A stretch of 64,000 nt of DNA from Candidatus Moranbacteria bacterium GW2011_GWC2_40_12 (GTDB lineage: Bacteria; Patescibacteriota; Minisyncoccia; Moranbacterales; UBA11712), in NCBI GenBank assembly GCA_000995965.1, contig LBYD01000002.1, positions 199,889 to 263,888 of the forward strand, written 5' to 3'. The position numbers and the translations under genes are program-made. Every line of letters starts with the position of its first letter. Positions within the stretch are counted from its first letter, which is position 1. Below are positions 35,125-43,390 of the stretch, piece by piece. Below the pieces are notes generated by a model. It ran no database searches and was not told where the DNA came from. It saw only the letters and a program-made list of their open reading frames with translations.

Positions 35125-35607
35125 ATGAAGAAGGTGACGGAATACAATCAAAAAGTGCGGGCCTCAAGAAAAATGCCCCAGCTGCGGTCCGGTGATATCG
35201 TTAAGGTGCATAGGAAAGTAAAAGAGGGAGAGAAAGAAAGAACGCAGGTCTTTGAAGGGATCATTATTTCCATAAAGGGAAAACAAAGCTCTTCACCAAT
35301 GATCACAGTGAGGAAAGTTTCTTTCGGAGTGGGAGTGGAGATTATCGTGCCAGTTTTTTCTCCGCTAATTGAAAAGATCGAAGTTATCAAGAAAGCGAAA
35401 ACAAAGCAATCGAAACTCTATTATCTCCGGCGCAAAGACTTCAAACTTTCGAAGCTCAAAATGAAAGAACTGGATAAATTTATTGCAGAAGACAAGGAAG
35501 AAGAGATAGAAGAGCCGCCTGAAGAGAAAGCTGAAAAAATTGGCGAGGGAGAAAACAATGTGGCAAAAAAAGAAATTGCTGAAGAGAAAGAGATTAAAAA
35601 AGATTAG
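35125..35607 (+). CDS. rplS: 50S ribosomal protein L19 with a ~45-aa Lys/Glu-rich C-terminal extension
   Basis: L19 core MPQLRSGDIVKVH...ERTQVFEGIIISIKG...ITVRKVSFGVGVE; total 160 aa. Confidence 0.9.
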   Translation: MKKVTEYNQKVRASRKMPQLRSGDIVKVHRKVKEGEKERTQVFEGIIISIKGKQSSSPMITVRKVSFGVGVEIIVPVFSPLIEKIEVIKKAKTKQSKLYYLRRKDFKLSKLKMKELDKFIAEDKEEEIEEPPEEKAEKIGEGENNVAKKEIAEEKEIKKD

Positions 35608-35621
35608 ATTTTTTATATCTT

Positions 35622-35705
35622 GCCGTGGTGCCGGAACTGGTAGACGGGCCAGCTTGAGGGGCTGGTGTCCATTAGGGCGTGGGAGTTCGAGTCTCCCCCA
35701 CGGCA
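35622..35705 (+). tRNA. tRNA-Leu (anticodon GAG), class II
   Basis: acceptor gccgtgg/ccacggc, anticodon arm ccagc-ttGAGgg-gctgg, long variable arm, T-arm gggag-ttcgagt-ctccc. Confidence 0.8.
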
Positions 35706-35775
35706 CTCGAACAGGAAAATTATTCCTGTTGGAAAGCAGATGTTCTCACAAAATATATTTAGAAAGCAAAACGAC

Positions 35776-35849
35776 GGGCGCGTAGCTCAGTTGGTTAGAG
35801 CATCTGTCTTACAAACAGAGGGTCAGAGGTTCGAGTCCTCTCGCGCCCA
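35776..35849 (+). tRNA. tRNA-Val (anticodon TAC)
   Basis: acceptor gggcgcg/cgcgccc, anticodon arm tctgt-ctTACaa-acaga, T-arm agagg-ttcgagt-cctct. Confidence 0.85.
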
Positions 35850-35858
35850 CGAGTATAT

Positions 35859-35874
35859 GCCGGGCTAGCTCAGT
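35859..35874 (+). pseudogene. 16-nt duplicate of the tRNA-Phe 5' end (gccgggctagctcagt) followed by a cccgcc motif, 88 nt upstream of the real tRNA-Phe start
   Basis: Exact direct repeat of 35947-35962. Confidence 0.6.
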
Positions 35875-35946
35875 CCCGCCAGAGGCGGATAAAGTCCGAG
35901 CAGAGGACTTGAGGTTAGCGTCGGAATTAACAATCGAATAATTTTT

Positions 35947-36314
35947 GCCGGGCTAGCTCAGTGGTAGAGCAGAAGACTGATTTTCGGTCCATTCCGCAGC
36001 GATGCGGAAAAGAAAAATCGGGTGAATTCGAGGAAACCTAATCTCCGACGTTATGTTGGAGCAGGGCAATCTCGAGCCAATCCTTCGCCGGGAGGCTACG
36101 GATTGCAAGCAAGCTAATTTTAGAAGGCTTGCCTGCCGTAGCTTTAGCGGAGGCAGGTGTAGAGACTAGCAGGTGAGTTCCAACAATAATCCTGCGCCAG
36201 CGCCCGACCGCTCCCTTCGCGAAGGGAGGGGATGAAATAGTCCGATCCTTGGGGAAACTCAAGCAAACGACGAGGAAAATCTTTGTGTGCCCAGTTCGAT
36301 TCTGGGGCCCGGCA
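35947..36314 (+). tRNA. tRNA-Phe (anticodon GAA) interrupted by a group I intron between positions 33 and 34
   Basis: Exon 1 is 35947-35978 (acceptor gccgggc, D-arm tagctcagtggtagagca ~ E. coli tRNA-Phe, anticodon stem gaaga, ct). Exon 2 is 36275-36314 (gaaaa-tcttt, variable gtgtg, T-arm cccag-ttcgatt-ctggg, acceptor gcccggc, a). The spliced loop is ctGAAaa. Confidence 0.75.
35979..36274 (+). ncRNA. group I self-splicing intron (~296 nt, no ORF) in the tRNA-Phe anticodon loop
   Basis: P1 with U.G at the 5' splice site (exon gacu / intron gguc); P7 halves gAGACUAg (36163-36169) and auAGUCC (36237-36243); terminal G before exon 2. Confidence 0.7.
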
Positions 36315-36388
36315 CAAACAATTTATAAACTACGCCAAAGCGGGATTGCCCGCCGAAGCCTGCCTGCCAGCAGGCAGGCGTAGCGCAG

Positions 36389-36460
36389 GCGGGTATCGTA
36401 TAGCGGCTATTATGTGTCCTTGCCAAGGACAAGATACGGGTTCGACTCCCGTTACCCGCT
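36389..36460 (+). tRNA. tRNA-Gly (anticodon GCC)
   Basis: acceptor gcgggta/tacccgc, anticodon arm tgtcc-ttGCCaa-ggaca, T-arm acggg-ttcgact-cccgt, discriminator U. Confidence 0.8.
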
Positions 36461-36645
36461 CACGAAACGAAAATCTTCTTCAGGGGATTTATGTTTCGCT
36501 GAAAATCAGAATTGGATTGACAAGAATATTTTTCTGCGCTATACTGTCATAGTGCCAATTTAAAATAAGGCACCCGAAATGAATAAAAACTACTTTCCAG
36601 CGAAGTTGTTTTTTGTTTTTCAAAAATTATAAAATAACATAAAAA

Positions 36646-36813
36646 TATGTCAAAATTCGAACTTCTGAAACAACTGGAATATCTCATCGCCTTTCAGGCA
36701 AATTGTCTTGATAGCGGAGACTGGGAGAGTTTTGACAAGACGGAAAACGAGATAAAGAAGATTGAAGAAAGAATTATAAATTGGGATAAAAATATAGCCA
36801 ATATAGCGTGAAA
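36646..36813 (+). CDS. small hypothetical protein (55 aa)
   Basis: ORF MSKFELLKQLEYLIAFQANCLDSGDWESFDKTENEIKKIEERIINWDKNIANIA; below the ORF-track cutoff; weak evidence. Confidence 0.3.
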
Positions 36814-36998
36814 CACTTGAATTTACCGTGAAACAATAGGCACCCGGGACGCTTGACATTTTTGGATTAGAGTGATATAATTGTCCGTTAAGTCCTGAAA
36901 AGGGCTTTTTTGATTGGAGAGCTTGCTCGACAATCAATCCGCCTTTGGCGGATAGGCCTGAAGTAAAGATTTAACTTTAACAATTCACTCATTTTGCC

Positions 36999-37550
36999 AT
37001 GCGTATTTTGGCGACGCTGGCTCTTTTGGGGGCAGTCTTCGCAAATCCTCAATTTTCCTCGAAGGCTTTGGCCCAGGGAGCCTCTGACCAAAATATAGAG
37101 CAAAAATCAAAAAGTGAATCAAATACAATTGAAAACAAGATAATTTCAGCAAATGATAATTTTATCGCTTCAGCTTATATTCCGGAAGTGAATCCCAAGA
37201 AGCTTGCGTATTTCGAACGATTGAGAAAAAATATCAAGCTAATTGACTATTCAAAGCTTCCCAGCGGCGATTTCACCATCAATGCTTCTGCCTATACGGC
37301 GGCGGCTGATGAGTGCGGAAAGTCAGACGGGATTACCGCCAGCGGACGGAAAGTTATGGAAGGCCGGACGCTCGCTTGTCCTCCGGGATATACTTTTGGA
37401 ACCAAGATTGAGATTGACGGAATGGGAACCTATGTCTGTGAGGACCGCGGCGGAGCGATCAAAGGAAACCACTTTGACATCTATGTTGAGACAAAAAAAC
37501 AAGCTTTCGCTTTCGGACGAAGAAATCTTTTGGCGAGAGTCGTGAAATAA
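36999..37550 (+). CDS. secreted 3D-domain (MltA/YuiC-like) cell-wall protein
   Basis: 183 aa; signal peptide; C-terminal ADECGKSDGITASG...GTYVCEDRGGAIKGNHFDIYV with three conserved Asp (3D domain). Confidence 0.75.
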   Translation: MRILATLALLGAVFANPQFSSKALAQGASDQNIEQKSKSESNTIENKIISANDNFIASAYIPEVNPKKLAYFERLRKNIKLIDYSKLPSGDFTINASAYTAAADECGKSDGITASGRKVMEGRTLACPPGYTFGTKIEIDGMGTYVCEDRGGAIKGNHFDIYVETKKQAFAFGRRNLLARVVK

Positions 37551-37551
37551 A

Positions 37552-37576
37552 CAAACGCCCCCGATCGGGGGCGTTT
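37552..37576. terminator. bidirectional hairpin terminator (aaacgccccc-gatc-gggggcgttt)
   Basis: 10-bp GC-rich stem between convergent genes, read from sequence. Confidence 0.7.
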
Positions 37577-37662
37577 GTTGTAATTAGCAATCTGCAATTT
37601 GTAATGCGGATAATAAAAGGAAAATCCCGATTACCAATTACGAATTGCCGGTTGCGATAAGA

Positions 37663-38250
37663 TCATTTTATTATCTTATCCACCACTCCATAATCCCTGG
37701 CTTCCTCCGCGCTCATGAAATAATCGCGGTCGGTGTCTTTTTCGATTCTTGAAAGAGACTGTCCGGTGTGCTTGGCCAGAATTTTGTTTATCCGATCCTT
37801 GGTCTTGATGATTTGCCTCGCGTGAATAGCCACGTCAGCTGCCTGTCCGGTCGCTCCTCCCATCACCTGATGAAGAAGGACTTCGCTGTTGGGGAGGCAC
37901 AGCCTTTTTCCTTTAGCGCCGGCGGTGAGAAGTAGTGCGCCTGCTGAAGCGGCGAGGCCAACACAGATTGTGGAAACATCGCACTTCACGTATTGCATCG
38001 TATCATAGATGGCAAGTGCCGCGCTCACCGACCCGCCGGGAGAGTTGACATAAATCCGGATGTCTTCTTTTGAATTTTGGTTATAGAGGAAAAGAAGCTG
38101 GGCAATGATTGAGTTGGCGACGTGGTCGTCAATCGGCCCGCCGAGAAAAATAATCCGTTCCTTGAGAAGCCGGGAATAAATGTCATACGCCCGCTCGCCA
38201 TAGGCGGTTTTTTCAATGACAGTGGGGATGAGAAGTTGGTTTTTGATCAT
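37663..38250 (-). CDS. clpP: ATP-dependent Clp protease proteolytic subunit
   Basis: 195 aa; Ser-His-Asp triad context GLAASAG...H; tig-clpP gene order. Confidence 0.95.
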   Translation of the reverse strand: MIKNQLLIPTVIEKTAYGERAYDIYSRLLKERIIFLGGPIDDHVANSIIAQLLFLYNQNSKEDIRIYVNSPGGSVSAALAIYDTMQYVKCDVSTICVGLAASAGALLLTAGAKGKRLCLPNSEVLLHQVMGGATGQAADVAIHARQIIKTKDRINKILAKHTGQSLSRIEKDTDRDYFMSAEEARDYGVVDKIIK

Positions 38251-38254
38251 TTGA

Positions 38255-38370
38255 ATTGAGAATCATGAATTGTGAATTCTGAATGTGAATATTGAATATT
38301 GAATTTAGTTAATGACTTTTTATTCTAAATTCTTTATTCTCATTCTCAATTCTAAATTCCCAATTCGCAA
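38255..38370. repeat. second GAAT(n)/ATTC(n) palindromic block, upstream of clpP
   Basis: ttgaattgagaatcatgaattgtgaattctgaatgtgaatattgaat...ttctttattctcattctcaattctaaattcccaattcgcaattc. Confidence 0.55.
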
Positions 38371-38375
38371 TTCTT

Positions 38376-39665
38376 TTACAATTTTTCTAAAAATTCAAAT
38401 ACTTTTTGATTTGTCAACGTGCCTTTTACATAATCATATAGCCTTTCCATATCAACATTTCTTTCCATATCTCGCTGGCCTTTGAAATAAGCAAGGGTCT
38501 TGTTCATCTCCTCTTCAATTTCGGCGCTCTCGGGGCTAAGATTTTCGAGCTTGGCGATTTCACGAAGAGCAAGGGCTGATTTCACCCTTTTTTCAGCGCT
38601 TTCTTTCCAGCTGTTTCGCACCTCGCTCCGAGTCTTCTTTATATTTACGAAATAGTCGTCCACTTTCATTCCCATTCCCGCGATATTCTGCTCAAATTCG
38701 GCCATCATTTTGTCGATTTCGTTTTCAAGGAGAATCTCCGGAATTTCCGTTTTGTAATCGGAGATTATTTTTTCAATAATCTCCTGCCGCCTTTTTTCCT
38801 TATTCTTTTTTCTCTGCTCTATTTCCATTCCTTCGAAGACGCTCTTTTTCAGACTTTCGAGGTTTTCAAATTTACCGAGGCTTTTGGCGAAGTCATCGTT
38901 CATTTCCGGAAGTATTTTTTCCTGCACGAGATTCATCTTCACTTTGAACTTGGCGGGCTTTCCGGCTAATTCTTTTTTGTGGTAATCTCTTGGGAACTCG
39001 AGGTCGAATTCTTTCTCGTCATTCGCCTTCATTCCAATGAGATTTTCCTCAAAACCGGGAATAAAGTAGCTCTCGCCGATGGTGAGCGGATGATTTTGGC
39101 TTTTTCCTCCTTCAATCCGCCGGCTGGCGGACTTTTCTTCAATCAAAAAAACATCGAAATCAATTTCGACATAATCATTTTTTCTTGCTTCACGCGAAAC
39201 AGTGATGAGTTTGGCCCGGCTTTTTCTCAAGATGTCGAGCTCTTTTTTGATTTCCTCCGGTTTGATTTTTTCCAGTTCACTTTTTTTGAGACCTTTGATG
39301 CTTTTTTTGTAGTCCCCCAGGCTGATTTCTGGCATTATGGCGATAACCGCCTTAAATTCGAGGTCGTTTCCGGGAGCAATTTTTGTGATGGTGATTTTTG
39401 GCTCTCCGATCGCCTCAATTTTGTTTTTTATGATCGATTCGGTATAGGTTTTTCTGACTGCTTTTTCGGCGGCGTGCGCCAAAACTTTTTCAGAACCAAC
39501 CTGTTGCTCAACTATTTTCCGAGGAGCTTTTCCGGGGCGGAATCCGGCTATTTTAAAATCTTTCGAAAGCTCTTCGGCGGCCATATCCAAAAATTTTTCA
39601 AGCTCTTTAGCCGGAACGGTGATCTTTAGTTCAAGCTGGGATTTAGGAAGTTTGCGAATGATCAT
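38376..39665 (-). CDS. tig: trigger factor
   Basis: 429 aa; N-terminal ribosome-binding domain (GFRPGKAPRKIVE), FKBP-like PPIase, C-terminal arm. Confidence 0.9.
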   Translation of the reverse strand: MIIRKLPKSQLELKITVPAKELEKFLDMAAEELSKDFKIAGFRPGKAPRKIVEQQVGSEKVLAHAAEKAVRKTYTESIIKNKIEAIGEPKITITKIAPGNDLEFKAVIAIMPEISLGDYKKSIKGLKKSELEKIKPEEIKKELDILRKSRAKLITVSREARKNDYVEIDFDVFLIEEKSASRRIEGGKSQNHPLTIGESYFIPGFEENLIGMKANDEKEFDLEFPRDYHKKELAGKPAKFKVKMNLVQEKILPEMNDDFAKSLGKFENLESLKKSVFEGMEIEQRKKNKEKRRQEIIEKIISDYKTEIPEILLENEIDKMMAEFEQNIAGMGMKVDDYFVNIKKTRSEVRNSWKESAEKRVKSALALREIAKLENLSPESAEIEEEMNKTLAYFKGQRDMERNVDMERLYDYVKGTLTNQKVFEFLEKL

Positions 39666-41659
39666 TAGACGATGAAACCGGCGATTAGAAGCGCCACAAT
39701 ATTGATTATCTTGATCATCGGGTTGATGGCCGGGCCAGCCGTATCCTTATATGGATCACCTACCGTGTCGCCGGTGACAGCCGCTTGGTGGGCGAGAGAT
39801 CCCTTTCCCCCATAATGTCCTTCTTCAATATATTTTTTGGCATTGTCCCAGGCGCCCCCTCCAGAAGTCATGGAAATCGCCACGAAAATTCCAGTGATGA
39901 TTGAGCCAACCAAAAGACCGCCCAGCGCCGCAGGACCCAAGATAAACCCGACCAGAATCGGAGCGGCAACCGGAAGAAGAGCTGGAACAATCATTTCTTT
40001 GATGGCCGCTTTGGTCACGATGTCAACACTTGTCGCGTAGTCAGGTTTGGCTGTTCCTTCAAGGAGTCCCTTGATTTCACGGAATTGCCTTCGAACTTCC
40101 TCAACCACGGCTCCGGCCGCTTTTGAGACTGCCCGCATGCAGATTGATCCGAAAAGATAAGGAATGAGTCCGCCGATGAAAAGTCCGATCAAAACATAAA
40201 CATCATCTAGCTGAAAGGTTATGTTTTTGGCGCCTTTTTCAGAAAGCTCCTGAACGTAGGAAGCGAAAAGAACCACGGCGGCCAGTCCAGCGGAAGCAAT
40301 AGCATATCCTTTCGTGACAGCTTTGGTAGTGTTTCCAACTGCGTCGAGCGCATCAGTCACTTTTCGGACTTCTTCATTCATGCCGGACATCTCCGCGATT
40401 CCGCCGGCATTGTCGGTGATTGGCCCGAACGAATCAATTGCGACGATGATGCCGGTCATCGAAAGCATGCTCATCACCGCGACCGCCACACCATAAAGGC
40501 CGGCGAGCCAGAAAGAGCCCAAAATTCCGGCAACAATGAGAATCACCGGGCCAGCGGTTGACTCCATGCTCATGGCGAGACCCATGATGATATTGGTTCC
40601 ATGTCCGGTCTTGGACGCTTTGGCAATTTCCTTTACTGGCCGGTATTTTTTGGAGGTGTAGTATTCGGTTATGATCACCATTCCGGCAGTTACAAAAATT
40701 CCAATTGCCGAAGCGAGGTATAGATTTGTAAAACTATAAAGCCCGTTTTCTCCCATCAGGCTTTTTGTTAGCGGATAAAAAACAACAAGCGAAATTGCAG
40801 AAGAAGCAATAAGCCCTTTATAAAGAGCGCCCATAATATTTTTCCCCCGGCCCAAGCGGACGAAATAAATTCCGATGATGGATGCAATGATTGAAACCGC
40901 TCCGATCATAAGAGGAAAGAAAATCGCGTTTGGAAAACTGGCAAAAGTAAGTGAACCCAAAATCATAGCCGCGATCGCCGTGACAGCGTATGTTTCAAAA
41001 AGATCAGCCGCCATCCCTGCGCAGTCTCCCACGTTATCTCCGACGTTGTCGGCAATCACAGCCGGGTTGCGGGGATCATCCTCGGGAATTCCAGCTTCAA
41101 TTTTTCCAACGAGATCTGCTCCAACGTCGGCCGCTTTGGTGAAAATGCCTCCGCCGAGCCGGGCAAAGACACTAATAAGACTTCCTCCGAATCCCACTCC
41201 GATAAGCGCTCTTACGTCTCCGGTTAAGAGATAAAAAACAGATACAACGAGAAGTCCAAGTCCGATTACCAGAAGGCCGGTGACCGCGCCTCCCTTGAAA
41301 GCAATATCAAGAGCGTTTCGAAGGCTCTTTTTGGCTCCTTCAGCTGTCCGAACATTGGCTCTTACTGCCACATTCATTCCGATATATCCGGCTAAGGCAG
41401 AAGCAACCGCGCCGATCAAAAATCCGACGGCTGTGTTGAAGCCAAGAAAAAAATAAAGAACCAATGCGACGGCGACTGCCACATAAGCGACAGTTTTATA
41501 TTGGCGGTTTAAAAAGGCCTTGGCGCCCTCTTTTATGGCACCGGCTATTTCAACCATTTTTCCTTCTCCCTCAGGAAAACTATTTACTTTCCAGCTCAGA
41601 TAAAGGGCGAAGGCAACGGCAATAAGCGATGCAGCGATGGGATAGAGTTCGATGTTCAT
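39665..41659 (-). CDS. hppA: membrane-bound proton/sodium-translocating pyrophosphatase
   Basis: 664 aa, ~16 TMs; motifs [17 protein letters not shown] and DNVGDNVGD. Confidence 0.9.
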   Translation of the reverse strand: MNIELYPIAASLIAVAFALYLSWKVNSFPEGEGKMVEIAGAIKEGAKAFLNRQYKTVAYVAVAVALVLYFFLGFNTAVGFLIGAVASALAGYIGMNVAVRANVRTAEGAKKSLRNALDIAFKGGAVTGLLVIGLGLLVVSVFYLLTGDVRALIGVGFGGSLISVFARLGGGIFTKAADVGADLVGKIEAGIPEDDPRNPAVIADNVGDNVGDCAGMAADLFETYAVTAIAAMILGSLTFASFPNAIFFPLMIGAVSIIASIIGIYFVRLGRGKNIMGALYKGLIASSAISLVVFYPLTKSLMGENGLYSFTNLYLASAIGIFVTAGMVIITEYYTSKKYRPVKEIAKASKTGHGTNIIMGLAMSMESTAGPVILIVAGILGSFWLAGLYGVAVAVMSMLSMTGIIVAIDSFGPITDNAGGIAEMSGMNEEVRKVTDALDAVGNTTKAVTKGYAIASAGLAAVVLFASYVQELSEKGAKNITFQLDDVYVLIGLFIGGLIPYLFGSICMRAVSKAAGAVVEEVRRQFREIKGLLEGTAKPDYATSVDIVTKAAIKEMIVPALLPVAAPILVGFILGPAALGGLLVGSIITGIFVAISMTSGGGAWDNAKKYIEEGHYGGKGSLAHQAAVTGDTVGDPYKDTAGPAINPMIKIINIVALLIAGFIV

Positions 41660-41695
41660 TTTTTATGAATTAAGAATTAGGAATTATGAAACTAA

Positions 41696-43174
41696 TTACT
41701 CATCAATTGCCTTTTCTTCTGAATCTTCTTTTATCTCTTCGGCCTTCTCTCCTTTCGAATCCCCTTTTTCTTCCCGTTTTACTTCTTTTTCAGTTTTCGC
41801 TGTCTTTTTTGCGGCTTTTTTCTTTTTTTCCGGAGATTTATTCTCCTCCGCGTTTTCTTCGTCACCTTTTTCTTCAAGCTCCCCTATTTTTTCATTTCCA
41901 GCAGTTTCTTTTTTCTCCTCGCCTGAAACAACATCAATTTTCCAGCCGGTGAGTTTGGCGGCGAGTCGGACATTTTGTCCCTGCTTTCCAATAGCGAGGG
42001 AAAGCTGATCGGAGGGAACGGAAACCCGCGCCTCTTTTTTGCTTTCAATGACTTTCACCCCCAAAACTTTGGCTGGAGAAAGCGCATTTGAAATGAATTT
42101 TGCCACATCGTCGTTCCATTCGATAATATCAATTTTCTCCCCGCCCAATTCGTCAATGACTGCCTGGACGCGAGTCCCTTTTTGCCCGACGCAGGAGCCA
42201 ATCGGATCAATTCCATCTTCATTTGAAGCTACGGCAATTTTGGTCCGTGATCCGGCTTCCCGGGCCATAGCTCGAATTTCAACAGTTCCGGCAAAAATTT
42301 CCGGAACCTCGATTTCAAAAAGTTTCTGAACCAAGGCCGAATGAGAACGTGAGAGAAGGATTCCCGGACCTTTCGGATCAGCCTCGACTTTCATAACATA
42401 GACCTTGAGGCGCTGGCCGATGCGGTATCTTTCGTTTTCAACCTGCTCTGAGGGAAAAAGGACGCCAACTGATTTTCCAAGATCAACAAAAATATTTCGT
42501 CCTTCGATTCTTTGGATAACTCCGCTCACAACCTCACCTTCTTTTTGCTTGTATTCGTCATACATTGCGTCTCGTTCCGCCTCACGGATTTTTTGGATAA
42601 TCACCTGCTTGGCGGTTTGAGCAGCCACACGGCCGTAGTCGCTCTTTTCCTCCAATTTCGTTTCAATAATATCCCCCGCCTTGGCGCCCGTTTTAAGTTC
42701 TCGGGCTTCTTCCAAAGTCAAATCTCTCTCCGGATTATAACGGGGTATTTTTATTTCTTCCCCGTCTGTTGTAATCTTAGCGGAAGCAGACTCGTCTTCC
42801 TTTTTTTCAAGTTCTTTATACTCCTTTTTTTTACTTTGTTCTTTTTGTTCGGTCACAGTCTTGGCGTTTTCTTTCTCTACCTCTGAATCTTTATCCTCCT
42901 CGGTTTCAAAAACGCGTGTAGTTTCGTCAACCACTTCTTTCACAAGAAAAAAATTGGCGCCACCGGTTACTTCATCAAATTCAGCGCGGATATGCTGGCC
43001 TCTCTTCCCGTAGTCTTTTTTATAGGCGGCGGCGAGCGCAGATTCAATTGCTTCAACCACTTTTTCTTTTGGAATCCCTTTTTCTTCGCAAATTTGGGCA
43101 ATAGCACTGCCAAATTGGCCCAGCCGGCCTGATTGCGCCTCTTCGTCCTGTGTTATTTTTTTTCGTTTAGCCAT
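41696..43174 (-). CDS. nusA: transcription termination/antitermination factor NusA with a long Lys/Glu-rich C-terminal tail
   Basis: N-terminal domain, S1 and two KH domains (GSCVGQKGTRVQAV, AIGKQGQNVRLAAKLTG); C-terminal ~120 aa low-complexity KE-rich. Confidence 0.9.
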   Translation of the reverse strand: MAKRKKITQDEEAQSGRLGQFGSAIAQICEEKGIPKEKVVEAIESALAAAYKKDYGKRGQHIRAEFDEVTGGANFFLVKEVVDETTRVFETEEDKDSEVEKENAKTVTEQKEQSKKKEYKELEKKEDESASAKITTDGEEIKIPRYNPERDLTLEEARELKTGAKAGDIIETKLEEKSDYGRVAAQTAKQVIIQKIREAERDAMYDEYKQKEGEVVSGVIQRIEGRNIFVDLGKSVGVLFPSEQVENERYRIGQRLKVYVMKVEADPKGPGILLSRSHSALVQKLFEIEVPEIFAGTVEIRAMAREAGSRTKIAVASNEDGIDPIGSCVGQKGTRVQAVIDELGGEKIDIIEWNDDVAKFISNALSPAKVLGVKVIESKKEARVSVPSDQLSLAIGKQGQNVRLAAKLTGWKIDVVSGEEKKETAGNEKIGELEEKGDEENAEENKSPEKKKKAAKKTAKTEKEVKREEKGDSKGEKAEEIKEDSEEKAIDE

Positions 43175-43390
43175 GGTAATTAGATAAGAAATTAGAAATA
43201 AGATAGAAGATATATTTTTGAATTATTTCTTCTATTTTATATCTTATATCTCATTTGATAATAAAATGCCCGTTCACACGGACATCGCAAACAGCTTCAG
43301 GATCAGTAATTATAATCTAATTGATAATCAATCTTCTGTCAAATAAAAACCCCCGCTTTTTGAGCGAGGGTTATTATTCAATAATCAGTT

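Noticed and set aside
36038-36552. ORFs 36038-36262 (-) and 36283-36552 (+)
   Set aside because: They overlap the group I intron, the tRNA-Phe 3' exon and tRNA-Gly; spurious.
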